A stretch of DNA of 64,000 bases from the NCBI GenBank assembly GCA_016192455.1, contig JACPUC010000025.1:1-64000 (forward strand), read 5' to 3'. The first letter of the stretch is position 1. Every line of letters starts with the position of its first letter. This document shows, in pieces, positions 1-8,236 of this stretch. A model generated the notes under the pieces. It was not told where the DNA came from and did no database searches. It saw nothing but the letters and a program-made list of their open reading frames with translations. The stretch is from Candidatus Tectimicrobiota bacterium. GTDB taxonomy: Bacteria > JACPUC01. Both the position numbers and the translations under genes were made by a program.

Positions 1-645
1 CCCACGGTGGTCTTCCAGGATAACGGCGCGCAGCTCGCCTTCCTGGACGGCACGGCGTTCGCCGGCGTCACCTTCGCCACGGCCTCGAGCCTCACCCTCA
101 GCGGCAGCATCATCGACCAGGCGTTCGACACCAACGACACCGTCGTCATCCAGACCGCCGACGGCAACCTCTTCAAGATCGGCAACGCCCTCAGTTCCGG
201 TTTCTCGACCCCCGTCTCCTTCGACTTCGAGCAGCTCCTGCCGGAGACCACGACGCCTGAGGAGACGACCATGGAAGTGGTGCCGTCGCCGACCCCGGCG
301 CCGCCATTCCCGGTCATCACAATGGCCGGATGGGGGCTGTCGCCGGTTACCTTCAGCGCCAGTGGAGGTGGGACGATCACGCTCGCGGCCGACATCACGG
401 GAGGAGAGCGCCCTTACGTCGTGGAGCTGCGCCAAACTGTCACGGACCCCCTCCTGGGGGCTGCCGAGGTGGTCCTCATTGAGCTCACCGACTCAGACGA
501 GGACGGTCGCTACGAGGTCGTCTTCTCCGATCTTCCCCCCGACATCCTGCCCCCCGGCGAGTTCACCCTCCCCGGCTTGCGCATCCTGGTGACCGATGCG
601 CTTGGCCAGGAGGCATCGTGGCCCGCACTGAACGTCCAGCCTTGA
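1..645 (+). CDS. 3' part of a probable secreted/surface protein (5' end outside window)
   Basis: Frame 1 is open from base 1 to TGA at 643-645. Acidic, Thr/Ser/Pro-rich beta-type sequence with a PT-rich linker (PETTTPEETT...PSPTPAPP) and a compact C-terminal domain ending WPALNVQP. Confidence 0.6.
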   Translation, partial: PTVVFQDNGAQLAFLDGTAFAGVTFATASSLTLSGSIIDQAFDTNDTVVIQTADGNLFKIGNALSSGFSTPVSFDFEQLLPETTTPEETTMEVVPSPTPAPPFPVITMAGWGLSPVTFSASGGGTITLAADITGGERPYVVELRQTVTDPLLGAAEVVLIELTDSDEDGRYEVVFSDLPPDILPPGEFTLPGLRILVTDALGQEASWPALNVQP

Positions 646-681
646 TGGCAAGCCGGCGCGGAAGCAGCCGCGCCTAGCTCC

Positions 682-714
682 GGCGGCCCTGGAAGCCCCC
701 CCTCCAGGGCCGTC
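682..714 (+). terminator. GC-rich hairpin after first CDS, possible intrinsic terminator
   Basis: GGCGGCCCTGGA...TCCAGGGCCGTC stem followed only by a weak pyrimidine tail (TGCTTCTCC). Confidence 0.4.
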
Positions 715-792
715 TGCTTCTCCGGCTGCCCCGCCGCCGGGGTCGATCTCTTGGAGCCGCTTCTTCCAAGCGTGGTCTTCTCGTGGCAGGCG

Positions 793-801
793 TGCTATGA
801 T
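793..801 (+). promoter_or_regulatory. Extended -10 element for the LPS operon
   Basis: TGcTATGAT followed by an A-run, in an AT-rich patch upstream of the first LPS-locus ORFs. Confidence 0.45.
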
Positions 802-850
802 AAAAAATTGGGATCAGCTCGCGTCACCCGGGAGTGGAGAGCGTGCTCCA

Positions 851-1027
851 ATGCAGGCAGCCTGGTACTACCTCGCTGGGGGGTGTCTGCTGCTCCTCAA
901 CGTTGGTCTACTCAAGCACCTGCTGAGGAACCGCGCGCCCGCCACGCAAAGTCTCCGTGCCATATTCTGGTTGCAGGGGATCACAGGTGGCGTGTTGCTC
1001 CTTGCCGGCGTGGTGAGTTTCCTTTGA
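851..1027 (+). CDS. Small two-TM membrane protein (58 aa), unknown function
   Basis: ATG at 851 preceded by GGAG/GGAGA. MQAAWYYLAGGCLLLLNVGLL...AIFWLQGITGGVLLLAGVVSFL has two hydrophobic helices. Confidence 0.55.
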   Translation: MQAAWYYLAGGCLLLLNVGLLKHLLRNRAPATQSLRAIFWLQGITGGVLLLAGVVSFL

Positions 1028-1064
1028 ATCCCCCGTTCCCCCCAATCTCCCCGCAGTAAGCAGG

Positions 1065-2207
1065 ATGCTCTGCATGGCTGGCGCCGGCTCTCCTCCCGCT
1101 CCGCTTACGAGATGCCCCGCAAAGGCTCTCATCGTGGTCCCGAACTGGTTGGGGGATGTGGTGCTCTGCCTGCCGGCGCTGCACGCCTTGCGGCAGCTCT
1201 GGCCCACGACTCACGTGACGCTCCTTTGCAAGGCGCCGCTGGCTGACTGGCTGAGGGCGCAACCCATCGTGGACGAGGTGCGTTCCTACCCACCTCCGGG
1301 CCGCGGCCTACGCGCCAATCTGTCGTTCGCCCGTAGGTTCGGCCTGGAGGGATACGAGGTGGCGGTCCTCTTCCCGAACTCGTTCCGCTCCGCCCTCCTC
1401 GTCTGGCTGGCGCGCATCCCGCGGCGGATCGGCTATGCGCGCGACGGGCGGGGTCTCCTGCTGACGCAGCGCCCGCCGCGGCACGTCGGAGGCAAGCGGC
1501 ACCACGCCGAGTACTACCTCGATCTGGCGCGGCATTGCGGCTGGCGCGGCTCCTGGCGTCCCACCGCGGAGTTCCCGCCGGCGCAGGTCGCGGAGGCGGA
1601 CCGCGCCTGGGTTGAGGAGCGCCTTGCAACTGCCCGCGTCGGGGGACGCGACCTCCTTGTCGCTTTGGCGCCGGGCGCCGCGTATGGCCCCGCAAAGCGC
1701 TGGCTGCCCGACCGCTTCGCCGCCGTGGCGCGGCGGCTTCTGGAGCGCTGGCCGCTGCGCATCCTCCTGCTTGGCGGGCTGGGCGATGGCGCCGTGATCG
1801 AACAGGTAGGCGGCCAGCTTGGAGCAGCCTCAGTCAACTTCGCCGGCCTCACGACGGTGGGCCAGCTCGCCGCAGCCTTGCAACGCTGCGCCCTCCTGGT
1901 CACCAACGACAGCGGCACCATGCACCTGGCGGCTGCCGTGGGGGCGCCCGTGGTGGCGATCTTCGGCTCCACCGACCCGGAGTGGACCGGGCCGCTCGGC
2001 GATGGCCATCGCGTGCTGGCGGCGAACGTCCCCTGCCGCCCCTGCTTTCAGCGAACCTGCGACATTGGTTACCAGTGCATGGAGTCTCTTACGGTGGAGG
2101 CGGTGGCGGCCGAGGCGGCCGAGCTGCTCACCCGGCACCTCGCCGCGCATGGCGGGGCGAACCCGCCCCGCCGCGCCTTCCAGACCGTGCCGCTCTCCCT
2201 ATCCTGA
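1065..2207 (+). CDS. waaF: ADP-heptose:LPS heptosyltransferase II (GT9)
   Basis: PNWLGDVV, FPNSFRSA, PGAAYGPAKRW and TNDSGTMHLAAA motifs. Confidence 0.92.
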   Translation: MLCMAGAGSPPAPLTRCPAKALIVVPNWLGDVVLCLPALHALRQLWPTTHVTLLCKAPLADWLRAQPIVDEVRSYPPPGRGLRANLSFARRFGLEGYEVAVLFPNSFRSALLVWLARIPRRIGYARDGRGLLLTQRPPRHVGGKRHHAEYYLDLARHCGWRGSWRPTAEFPPAQVAEADRAWVEERLATARVGGRDLLVALAPGAAYGPAKRWLPDRFAAVARRLLERWPLRILLLGGLGDGAVIEQVGGQLGAASVNFAGLTTVGQLAAALQRCALLVTNDSGTMHLAAAVGAPVVAIFGSTDPEWTGPLGDGHRVLAANVPCRPCFQRTCDIGYQCMESLTVEAVAAEAAELLTRHLAAHGGANPPRRAFQTVPLSLS

Positions 2208-2224
2208 GGCTCGGGTACCCTGCC

Positions 2225-3001
2225 ATGCGAGACATCCCAAGGGTCTCTGCGTGCGTTATCACCTACAACGAAGAGCGGAACATCGAAGGCTGTCTGGAGA
2301 GCCTGAAATGGTGCGACGAGATCATCGTCGTCGATTCCTTCAGCACGGACAAGACGGTGGAACTTGCCAGAAGGTACACCGCCAAGGTGCGCCAACACCG
2401 CCTCGTCTCGCACCCCGAGCAGAAGAATCTGGCGATCTCCTGTGCGACGCATGCGTGGGTTCTGAATGTCGATGCAGACGAACGTGTTACGCCGGCTCTG
2501 GCGGCTGAGATCCAGGAGGCTCTGGCGGCAAATCGCGGCGACATCGCCGGCTACCTCATGCCTCGCCGCACCTACTTCCTGGGACACTGGTTCCGCCACG
2601 GCGCCTGGTACCCCGACCGCAAGCTGCGCCTGTTCCGCCGCGATCGGGGGCGCTTCGGCGGCGTGAACCCGCATGACAAAGTGGTGCTCGACGGCCCGAC
2701 GCAGCTTCTCAGGAACGATCTGCTCCACTACACCTATCGCGACCTCTCCCATAACCTGGCAACCATCGACAAGTACTCCGATCATTTCACCGCGCACGCC
2801 ACGCTGCACCCCCTCTGGCCCATCCCCGCCATGCTCGTGAAGCCGCCCCTGAAGTTCCTCGAAACGTTCATCTATAAACGCGGCTTCCTGGACGGGCTGC
2901 CGGGCTTTGTCGTCGCCGTCATGAACAGTTTCTACATCTTCTTGAAGTACGCCAAGCTCTGGTCCCGGGCTCGGCGGCCCTCGCCGCCGCATACGCCATG
3001 A
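2225..3001 (+). CDS. GT2 LPS core glycosyltransferase (WaaE/KdtX/LgtF-like)
   Basis: ITYNEERNI, VVDSFSTDKT, VDADER and C-terminal GFLDGLPG motifs. Confidence 0.88.
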   Translation: MRDIPRVSACVITYNEERNIEGCLESLKWCDEIIVVDSFSTDKTVELARRYTAKVRQHRLVSHPEQKNLAISCATHAWVLNVDADERVTPALAAEIQEALAANRGDIAGYLMPRRTYFLGHWFRHGAWYPDRKLRLFRRDRGRFGGVNPHDKVVLDGPTQLLRNDLLHYTYRDLSHNLATIDKYSDHFTAHATLHPLWPIPAMLVKPPLKFLETFIYKRGFLDGLPGFVVAVMNSFYIFLKYAKLWSRARRPSPPHTP

Positions 3002-4188
3002 ACATCGCGCTGCTGATCGAGAGCTTCTCGCCGTCCCAGGGTGGCGGGGAGGCCTATGTCACCACCCTGGCGCGCCGGCTCGTGGAGATGGGGCACCACG
3101 TCGAAGTCTTCTGCCACCGAGCCGAGAACGTGCCGGCGGCGATCAGGGTCCACCACGTCCCCGCCGCGAGGTGGCCGCGCTGGCGTTACGCGTGCTCCTT
3201 CGTCCGCAACCTCCAGAAGGCCCTGCGAGAAGCCCGCTCAGCCGGGCGGCGCTTCGATGTCATTCACGGCTCGGGCAAGTGCCTGGGGATGAACCTCTAT
3301 CGCGCCGGCGGCGGCGTGCATGCCGTCTGGATCGAGCAGGACCTCGCCAGCCGCTCCCAGGGCTGGCAACGAACGCTGAAGTACGTCGAGCGCCGGCTCG
3401 ATCCCTGGACCCATGCCATGGCCTGGATTGAGCGGCGGCAGTACCTCGATCCGCGCGTCCACATCGTTGCCAACTCCCAGCGGGTTCGGGAGGACATCCG
3501 CCGCTGGTACGGCGTCGAGGAGCAGCGCCTCAGTGTGGTGCCGAACGGGGTCGACATCGAGCGCTTCCACCCCGGCCGGCGCCACGACCGCGGCCGGCGG
3601 CTGCGCGCCACCTGGGGCGTAGACTCAGAGGGGAAGATCCTCCTTTTCGTCGCCAACAACTGGCGCCTGAAGGGGCTGCTGCCGCTGCTGGACGCCTGCC
3701 GGCTGCTCCAGGAGGAGGCGCCGAGGGAGCGGCTGCGGCTGCTCGTCGTGGGCCGCGGCAGGCGCCGCCACTGGGAACGGCTGGCGCGGCAGCGGGGGAT
3801 TCGGGAGCTGGTCACCTTCGCCGGCCCCAGCGCCACGATCGAAGACGCTTACGCCGCCGCCGATCTCCTCGTGCATCCGACCTTCTACGATCCGTGCGCC
3901 AACGTTTGCCTGGAAGCCCTCGCCTCTGGCCTGCCAGTGGTCACCACGGCGTGCAACGGCGCGGCCGAGTTGCTGCGCGACGGCACGGCTGGGCGGGTCA
4001 TCGCCACGCCGCACGACCACCGAGCGCTGGCAAGCGCCATCCTTTCGCTCCTGGATGACGACACCCGGGAGCGCGCCGCCCTCGCCGCCCGCCGCCTCGC
4101 CGAGCGCTACCCGCTCTCCCGGCACGTGGAAGAAATGTTGCGGCTCTACGAGAGGTTGCAGCAGCGCGGAGCTCCGTCGCCACCGTAA
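2998..4188 (+). CDS. GT4 glycosyltransferase (WaaG-like)
   Basis: GGGEAY, VPNGVD and PTFYDPCANVCLEALASGLPV motifs; ATGA overlap with the upstream gene. Confidence 0.85.
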   Translation: MNIALLIESFSPSQGGGEAYVTTLARRLVEMGHHVEVFCHRAENVPAAIRVHHVPAARWPRWRYACSFVRNLQKALREARSAGRRFDVIHGSGKCLGMNLYRAGGGVHAVWIEQDLASRSQGWQRTLKYVERRLDPWTHAMAWIERRQYLDPRVHIVANSQRVREDIRRWYGVEEQRLSVVPNGVDIERFHPGRRHDRGRRLRATWGVDSEGKILLFVANNWRLKGLLPLLDACRLLQEEAPRERLRLLVVGRGRRRHWERLARQRGIRELVTFAGPSATIEDAYAAADLLVHPTFYDPCANVCLEALASGLPVVTTACNGAAELLRDGTAGRVIATPHDHRALASAILSLLDDDTRERAALAARRLAERYPLSRHVEEMLRLYERLQQRGAPSPP

Positions 4189-4242
4189 ATCCTCCACCCC
4201 TTCAGCGCTCCTCTTCAAGCCGGTCTAGGAGGCTGAAATACT

Positions 4243-4271
4243 TTGACTTACGGCGCAAGCATACTTACACT
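4243..4271 (+). promoter_or_regulatory. Internal sigma70-type promoter before radical SAM gene
   Basis: TTGACT (4243-4248), 17 bp spacer, TACACT (4266-4271). Confidence 0.65.
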
Positions 4272-4314
4272 CTAGAAACGAGACGACCCGGTACGGACGG
4301 TGAGCGGGTGAGGG

Positions 4315-5493
4315 GTGTGGTGTGCCCGCTGCGTGCCAGCGGCCAAGCGGGCGGACCGATATCCCGCCGCGATTGCGGAGAGGGGAAGCCTGCGGCACGT
4401 GGTCCAGGGGTCTCTTTCGACGATAAAGGCGGAGCGAGTGAATATCATCGCAGAGTACGGGCGCCGCGGGCGACTGGCCGTGTGGTGGATGAAGGTGCGT
4501 CGGTTCACCATACCGCGAGTGCTGAATCTCTTTCTCGAAACCATCGCCACCTGGTTCGGCTCGTCCCGCGTGCCACACCTGCCGAGCAACCTGACGCTCG
4601 ATATCGGCAACATCTGCGATCTTCGCTGCCCGCTCTGTCCCACCGGCATCGGCGACCGCTCGGCCAGCAAGGGAGTTATGGGACTGGCTCAGTTCCGTCA
4701 GATCATCGACGAGGTCGGGGGACGAGTGCTGACCGTGAACCTGCACAACTGGGGTGAGCCGCTCCTCAACAAGCATCTCGTCGCCATGATCGCCTACGCC
4801 AAGAGCTACGGCCTGGAGGTGCGGATCAGCAGCAATCTCAACGCGCTGACCGAACCCGTGGCGGAAGGGCTCTTGCGGGCGGGTCTCGACAAGCTCTACG
4901 TCTCCTGCGACGGTATCACCCCGGAGAGCTATGCCCAGTATCGGCGCGGCGGCGACTACGCAACCGTCATGGGCAACTTGCGGGGGCTGCTCCAGAAGAA
5001 GCGTGAGCTGGGGCTCCGCGGCACGCGGATCATCTGGTTGTTCCACATCTTCCAGCACAACGAACACGAAGTTGAGGGGGCGCGCGCGCTGGCCAAGGAG
5101 CTGGGCGTGGAGCTGCGCCTGAACCGCATGCGCACCGCCATGGGGCGCGAAATCTTCGAAAGCGCCGCGCAAGCCATTGCGCGCGATGGCGCGTGGATTC
5201 CGCGCAACCCCGCCTACAGCGCTTTCGACACCGCCAGCGGCACAGCGCGACGACCGATGAGCCGCTGCAGGAAACCGTGGCGGGAGGCGATGGTGAACTG
5301 GGACGGTTCGGTGCTGCCGTGCTGCGCCATCTACAGCGAGCGCCACACCTACGGCAATGCCCTGGAAGAGGGATTCCGGCGCGTCTGGAACAACGAGCGC
5401 TACCAGGCGGCCCGCCGCACCCTCCGCAACCAACCTGCTCGCCAGGCCACCGTCTGCGCCACCTGCAAGCGCAACGGCTACCTCTTCATGTGA
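4315..5493 (+). CDS. Radical SAM protein with SPASM/twitch domain
   Basis: CxxxCxxC (CDLRCPLC), NWGEP, C-terminal CRKPW...DGSVLPCC...CATC. Start uncertain (4315, 4438 or 4489). Confidence 0.88.
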   Translation: MWCARCVPAAKRADRYPAAIAERGSLRHVVQGSLSTIKAERVNIIAEYGRRGRLAVWWMKVRRFTIPRVLNLFLETIATWFGSSRVPHLPSNLTLDIGNICDLRCPLCPTGIGDRSASKGVMGLAQFRQIIDEVGGRVLTVNLHNWGEPLLNKHLVAMIAYAKSYGLEVRISSNLNALTEPVAEGLLRAGLDKLYVSCDGITPESYAQYRRGGDYATVMGNLRGLLQKKRELGLRGTRIIWLFHIFQHNEHEVEGARALAKELGVELRLNRMRTAMGREIFESAAQAIARDGAWIPRNPAYSAFDTASGTARRPMSRCRKPWREAMVNWDGSVLPCCAIYSERHTYGNALEEGFRRVWNNERYQAARRTLRNQPARQATVCATCKRNGYLFM

Positions 5494-5504
5494 AGGACGC
5501 CAGC

Positions 5505-6155
5505 ATGCTTCCCGGCAACCGGGACTCCTATTCGGTCTTCTCCTGGAGCCGCTTCTACACCTACCGCTCTGAGATGCGGAAGCGCTTCCCCGATTTCTGG
5601 AAAATCCGCATCCGCAAGACCCTCCTCCAGGTCGTCTGTGGGCAGATTCGCGATGGCGACCACGTGCTCGATATCGGCTCGTTTGATCGCTCCTACGAGA
5701 AAAAGCTCCAGCGTCGTTTCCCCAACGTTCTCTATAAAAGCATGGATATCGACCGGGAGCGTTTTCATGACTTCTACTCGTTCGAGGAGGTGCGCGAACA
5801 GTTCGATGTCATCTTCCTCTTCGAGGTGATCGAGCACCTGGAGTTCACCGAGGGTATCAACCTGATGCGCGAGGTCCGCAACCTCCTGGTGCCGGGCGGG
5901 TGCTTGATCTTGACGACACCGAATATGTACCATCCCAACCGCTACTGGGAGTACGACCACAAGGTCCCGTACCGGTACGATGCCATCGGCGGGCTGCTGT
6001 TGGGAGTGGGGTTGGAGGTCAAGGAAATCTACCGCATCTACAACGACGCGATTCACCGGCGCCTCTTCCGCCTCTACGTGACATCCTGGGTGCATCGCCA
6101 TCTGCAGATCGATTTCGCCAAATCGATCGTGGTGGTGGCGAAGAACAGAGCATGA
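5505..6155 (+). CDS. Class I SAM-dependent methyltransferase
   Basis: VLDIGS, FDVIFLFEVIEHL and LLVPGGCLILTTPN motifs. Confidence 0.82.
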   Translation: MLPGNRDSYSVFSWSRFYTYRSEMRKRFPDFWKIRIRKTLLQVVCGQIRDGDHVLDIGSFDRSYEKKLQRRFPNVLYKSMDIDRERFHDFYSFEEVREQFDVIFLFEVIEHLEFTEGINLMREVRNLLVPGGCLILTTPNMYHPNRYWEYDHKVPYRYDAIGGLLLGVGLEVKEIYRIYNDAIHRRLFRLYVTSWVHRHLQIDFAKSIVVVAKNRA

Positions 6156-7180
6156 AGCTGCTCGCCCTCATCCTCGCCCCGGAAAGCCCCAGCAGCCGCT
6201 ATCGCGTCGCCTACCTCGCCCCGTGTGTGGAAGCCTGCGGCTGGCGGGTGGCCCTGCGCCCCGCGCCGCGCGGCTGGCGACAGCGCCGCCGATGCTGGGC
6301 GGACGCGGCGGCGTTCGATGTGGTGCTGGTGCAGAAAAAGCTTTTGCAGCCCTGGGAATGGCGCTGGCTGCGGCAGGCGTGTCGGCGCCTGGTGTTCGAT
6401 TTTGATGACGCCCTTGCCTTCCACGAACGCAGCCGGGCGGCGCCGCGGCTCTCGCTGCGTTCCTGGAAGTTCCACGCCGCGCTCCGTGCCGCCGACTTGG
6501 TGCTGGCGGGGAACTCCTACCTCGCCGAACTGGCCGCCCCCTGGGCGCGGCGGGTTGTCGTCCTGCCCACCGGCGTGCCAGTGGAGCGCTACGAGCCGAA
6601 ACCGCCAGCAACCACCGGCGCGGCGCCCGGAGCCTCCCTCGGGCTCGTTCTGGGGTGGATCGGCAGCCGCTCGACGCTCGGCTACCTGGAGGCTCTCCTG
6701 CCGGTCCTGGAGGAGCTGCATCGGCGGCGGCCGGAGGTCCGGCTGAAAGTCGTGGCCGACGCGTTCCCGCAGAGCCGCAGCCTGCCCATTGAAGCAGTGC
6801 GCTGGTGCGAGGCGCAAGAGGCGGCGCAGGTCGCCTCCTTCGATATCGGCCTCATGCCCCTCCCCGACACGCCGTGGACGCGCGGCAAGTGTGGGTTGAA
6901 GCTCCTCCAGTACCTCGCCGCCGGCGTGCCGGTGGTGGCCTCGCCGGTGGGGGTGAACAAGGAGATCGTGCGTCCTGGTTTGAACGGGTATCTCGCGGCT
7001 CAGGCGCGGGAATGGCTGGAACGGCTGGAGGAGCTGGCGCGCCAGCCGGCTCTCCGCGCCCGCCTCGGCGCCTGGGGCCGGAAGGATGTGGAAGCCCGCT
7101 TCTCGCTGCGGCGCCTTGGCAAGCAGTTCGCCGACCACCTGGAAGAGCTGCTGCGCACGGGGAGAGTCGGGGGTGGCTGA
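6152..7180 (+). CDS. GT4 glycosyltransferase
   Basis: SSRYR, FDFDDA, GWIGS and RGKCGLKLLQYLAAGVPVVASPVG motifs. Confidence 0.85.
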   Translation: MKLLALILAPESPSSRYRVAYLAPCVEACGWRVALRPAPRGWRQRRRCWADAAAFDVVLVQKKLLQPWEWRWLRQACRRLVFDFDDALAFHERSRAAPRLSLRSWKFHAALRAADLVLAGNSYLAELAAPWARRVVVLPTGVPVERYEPKPPATTGAAPGASLGLVLGWIGSRSTLGYLEALLPVLEELHRRRPEVRLKVVADAFPQSRSLPIEAVRWCEAQEAAQVASFDIGLMPLPDTPWTRGKCGLKLLQYLAAGVPVVASPVGVNKEIVRPGLNGYLAAQAREWLERLEELARQPALRARLGAWGRKDVEARFSLRRLGKQFADHLEELLRTGRVGGG

Positions 7181-8159
7181 GCAAGGCTGCGACCTCACGA
7201 TCAGCATCGTGAGCTTCAACACGAAAGAGTATCTGAAGCGCTGCCTGCAAGCGATTCTCAGCACCAGCGGCCGGCTGCGCGTGCATACCATCGTGGTCGA
7301 CAACGCCTCGTGTGATGGGTCGGCCGACATGGTTGCCAGCGAGTTCCCCCATGTGGAGATCATTGCGAACCAGCGGAACCGCGGCTTTGCGGCGGCGAAC
7401 AACCAGGCGATCCGGCGGGCGCGGGGCCGCCACGTGCTGTTGCTCAATCCCGACACCGAGGTGCAGCCCGAGGCGCTGGCGGGCCTGGTGGAGTTCCTTG
7501 ACGAGCATCCCGAGGTTGCGGCGGTCGGCGCGCAATTGCGCAACTCCGATGGCAGCATCCAGCCCTCGGTGCGCCGCTTCCCCACGTTCGCCTCGCTGCT
7601 CCATGCGCACACGCTGCTCGGCCGCCTGGGCATCCTGCGGCGGGCGCATGATCGGCAACGCATGCGGGGCTTCAGCTTCAACGAAGCGCGGCGCGTCGAC
7701 CAACCCTCCGGGGCAGCCCTGGCAATCCGGCGCAGCGTCTTCGAGCACGTGGGCTTGCTCGACGAGGCCTACTTCATCTTCTACGAAGAGGTGGATTTTT
7801 GCCGGCGGCTGGCGGCCGCGAACCTGCCGGTCTACTTCGAGCCGCGCGCCGTCGTCATCCACCACCGCGGCAAGAGTCGCCAGCAGGTGGAGGCGGACAT
7901 TTATCCCATCCAGCTCCGGAGCCTCCTCCACTACCTGAGGAAGTTCGCCGGCCCCAGCGCAACCGCGGCGTTCAACGTTTTCTTCAAGCCGCTCCTGGTT
8001 GCCGAGGTGCTGGTCGGCCTCCTTGACGACTGGCTGGCACTGCAGCGCTACGTCCGGTTCCGACCCAACCCGTACAAGGCATGGCGCAAACGCGAACGGC
8101 TGCGGGCGCGCTGGCGGTTCCTGGGCCAGCACTGCCTGTCGTTCCTGCGCCGCGCTTGA
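7173..8159 (+). CDS. GT2 glycosyltransferase (WbbL-like)
   Basis: VVDNASCDGS, NRGFAAANN, LLLNPD and YFIFYEEVDFC motifs; GTG start overlaps the upstream gene end. Confidence 0.85.
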   Translation: MAEQGCDLTISIVSFNTKEYLKRCLQAILSTSGRLRVHTIVVDNASCDGSADMVASEFPHVEIIANQRNRGFAAANNQAIRRARGRHVLLLNPDTEVQPEALAGLVEFLDEHPEVAAVGAQLRNSDGSIQPSVRRFPTFASLLHAHTLLGRLGILRRAHDRQRMRGFSFNEARRVDQPSGAALAIRRSVFEHVGLLDEAYFIFYEEVDFCRRLAAANLPVYFEPRAVVIHHRGKSRQQVEADIYPIQLRSLLHYLRKFAGPSATAAFNVFFKPLLVAEVLVGLLDDWLALQRYVRFRPNPYKAWRKRERLRARWRFLGQHCLSFLRRA

Positions 8160-8236
8160 GGGCTCTCCCATACCCCATGGTCCGGCTGCGCCGTCCTCGG
8201 CCTGAGAGGGAAGCTGCCGCGGAAACCATCAACCAC

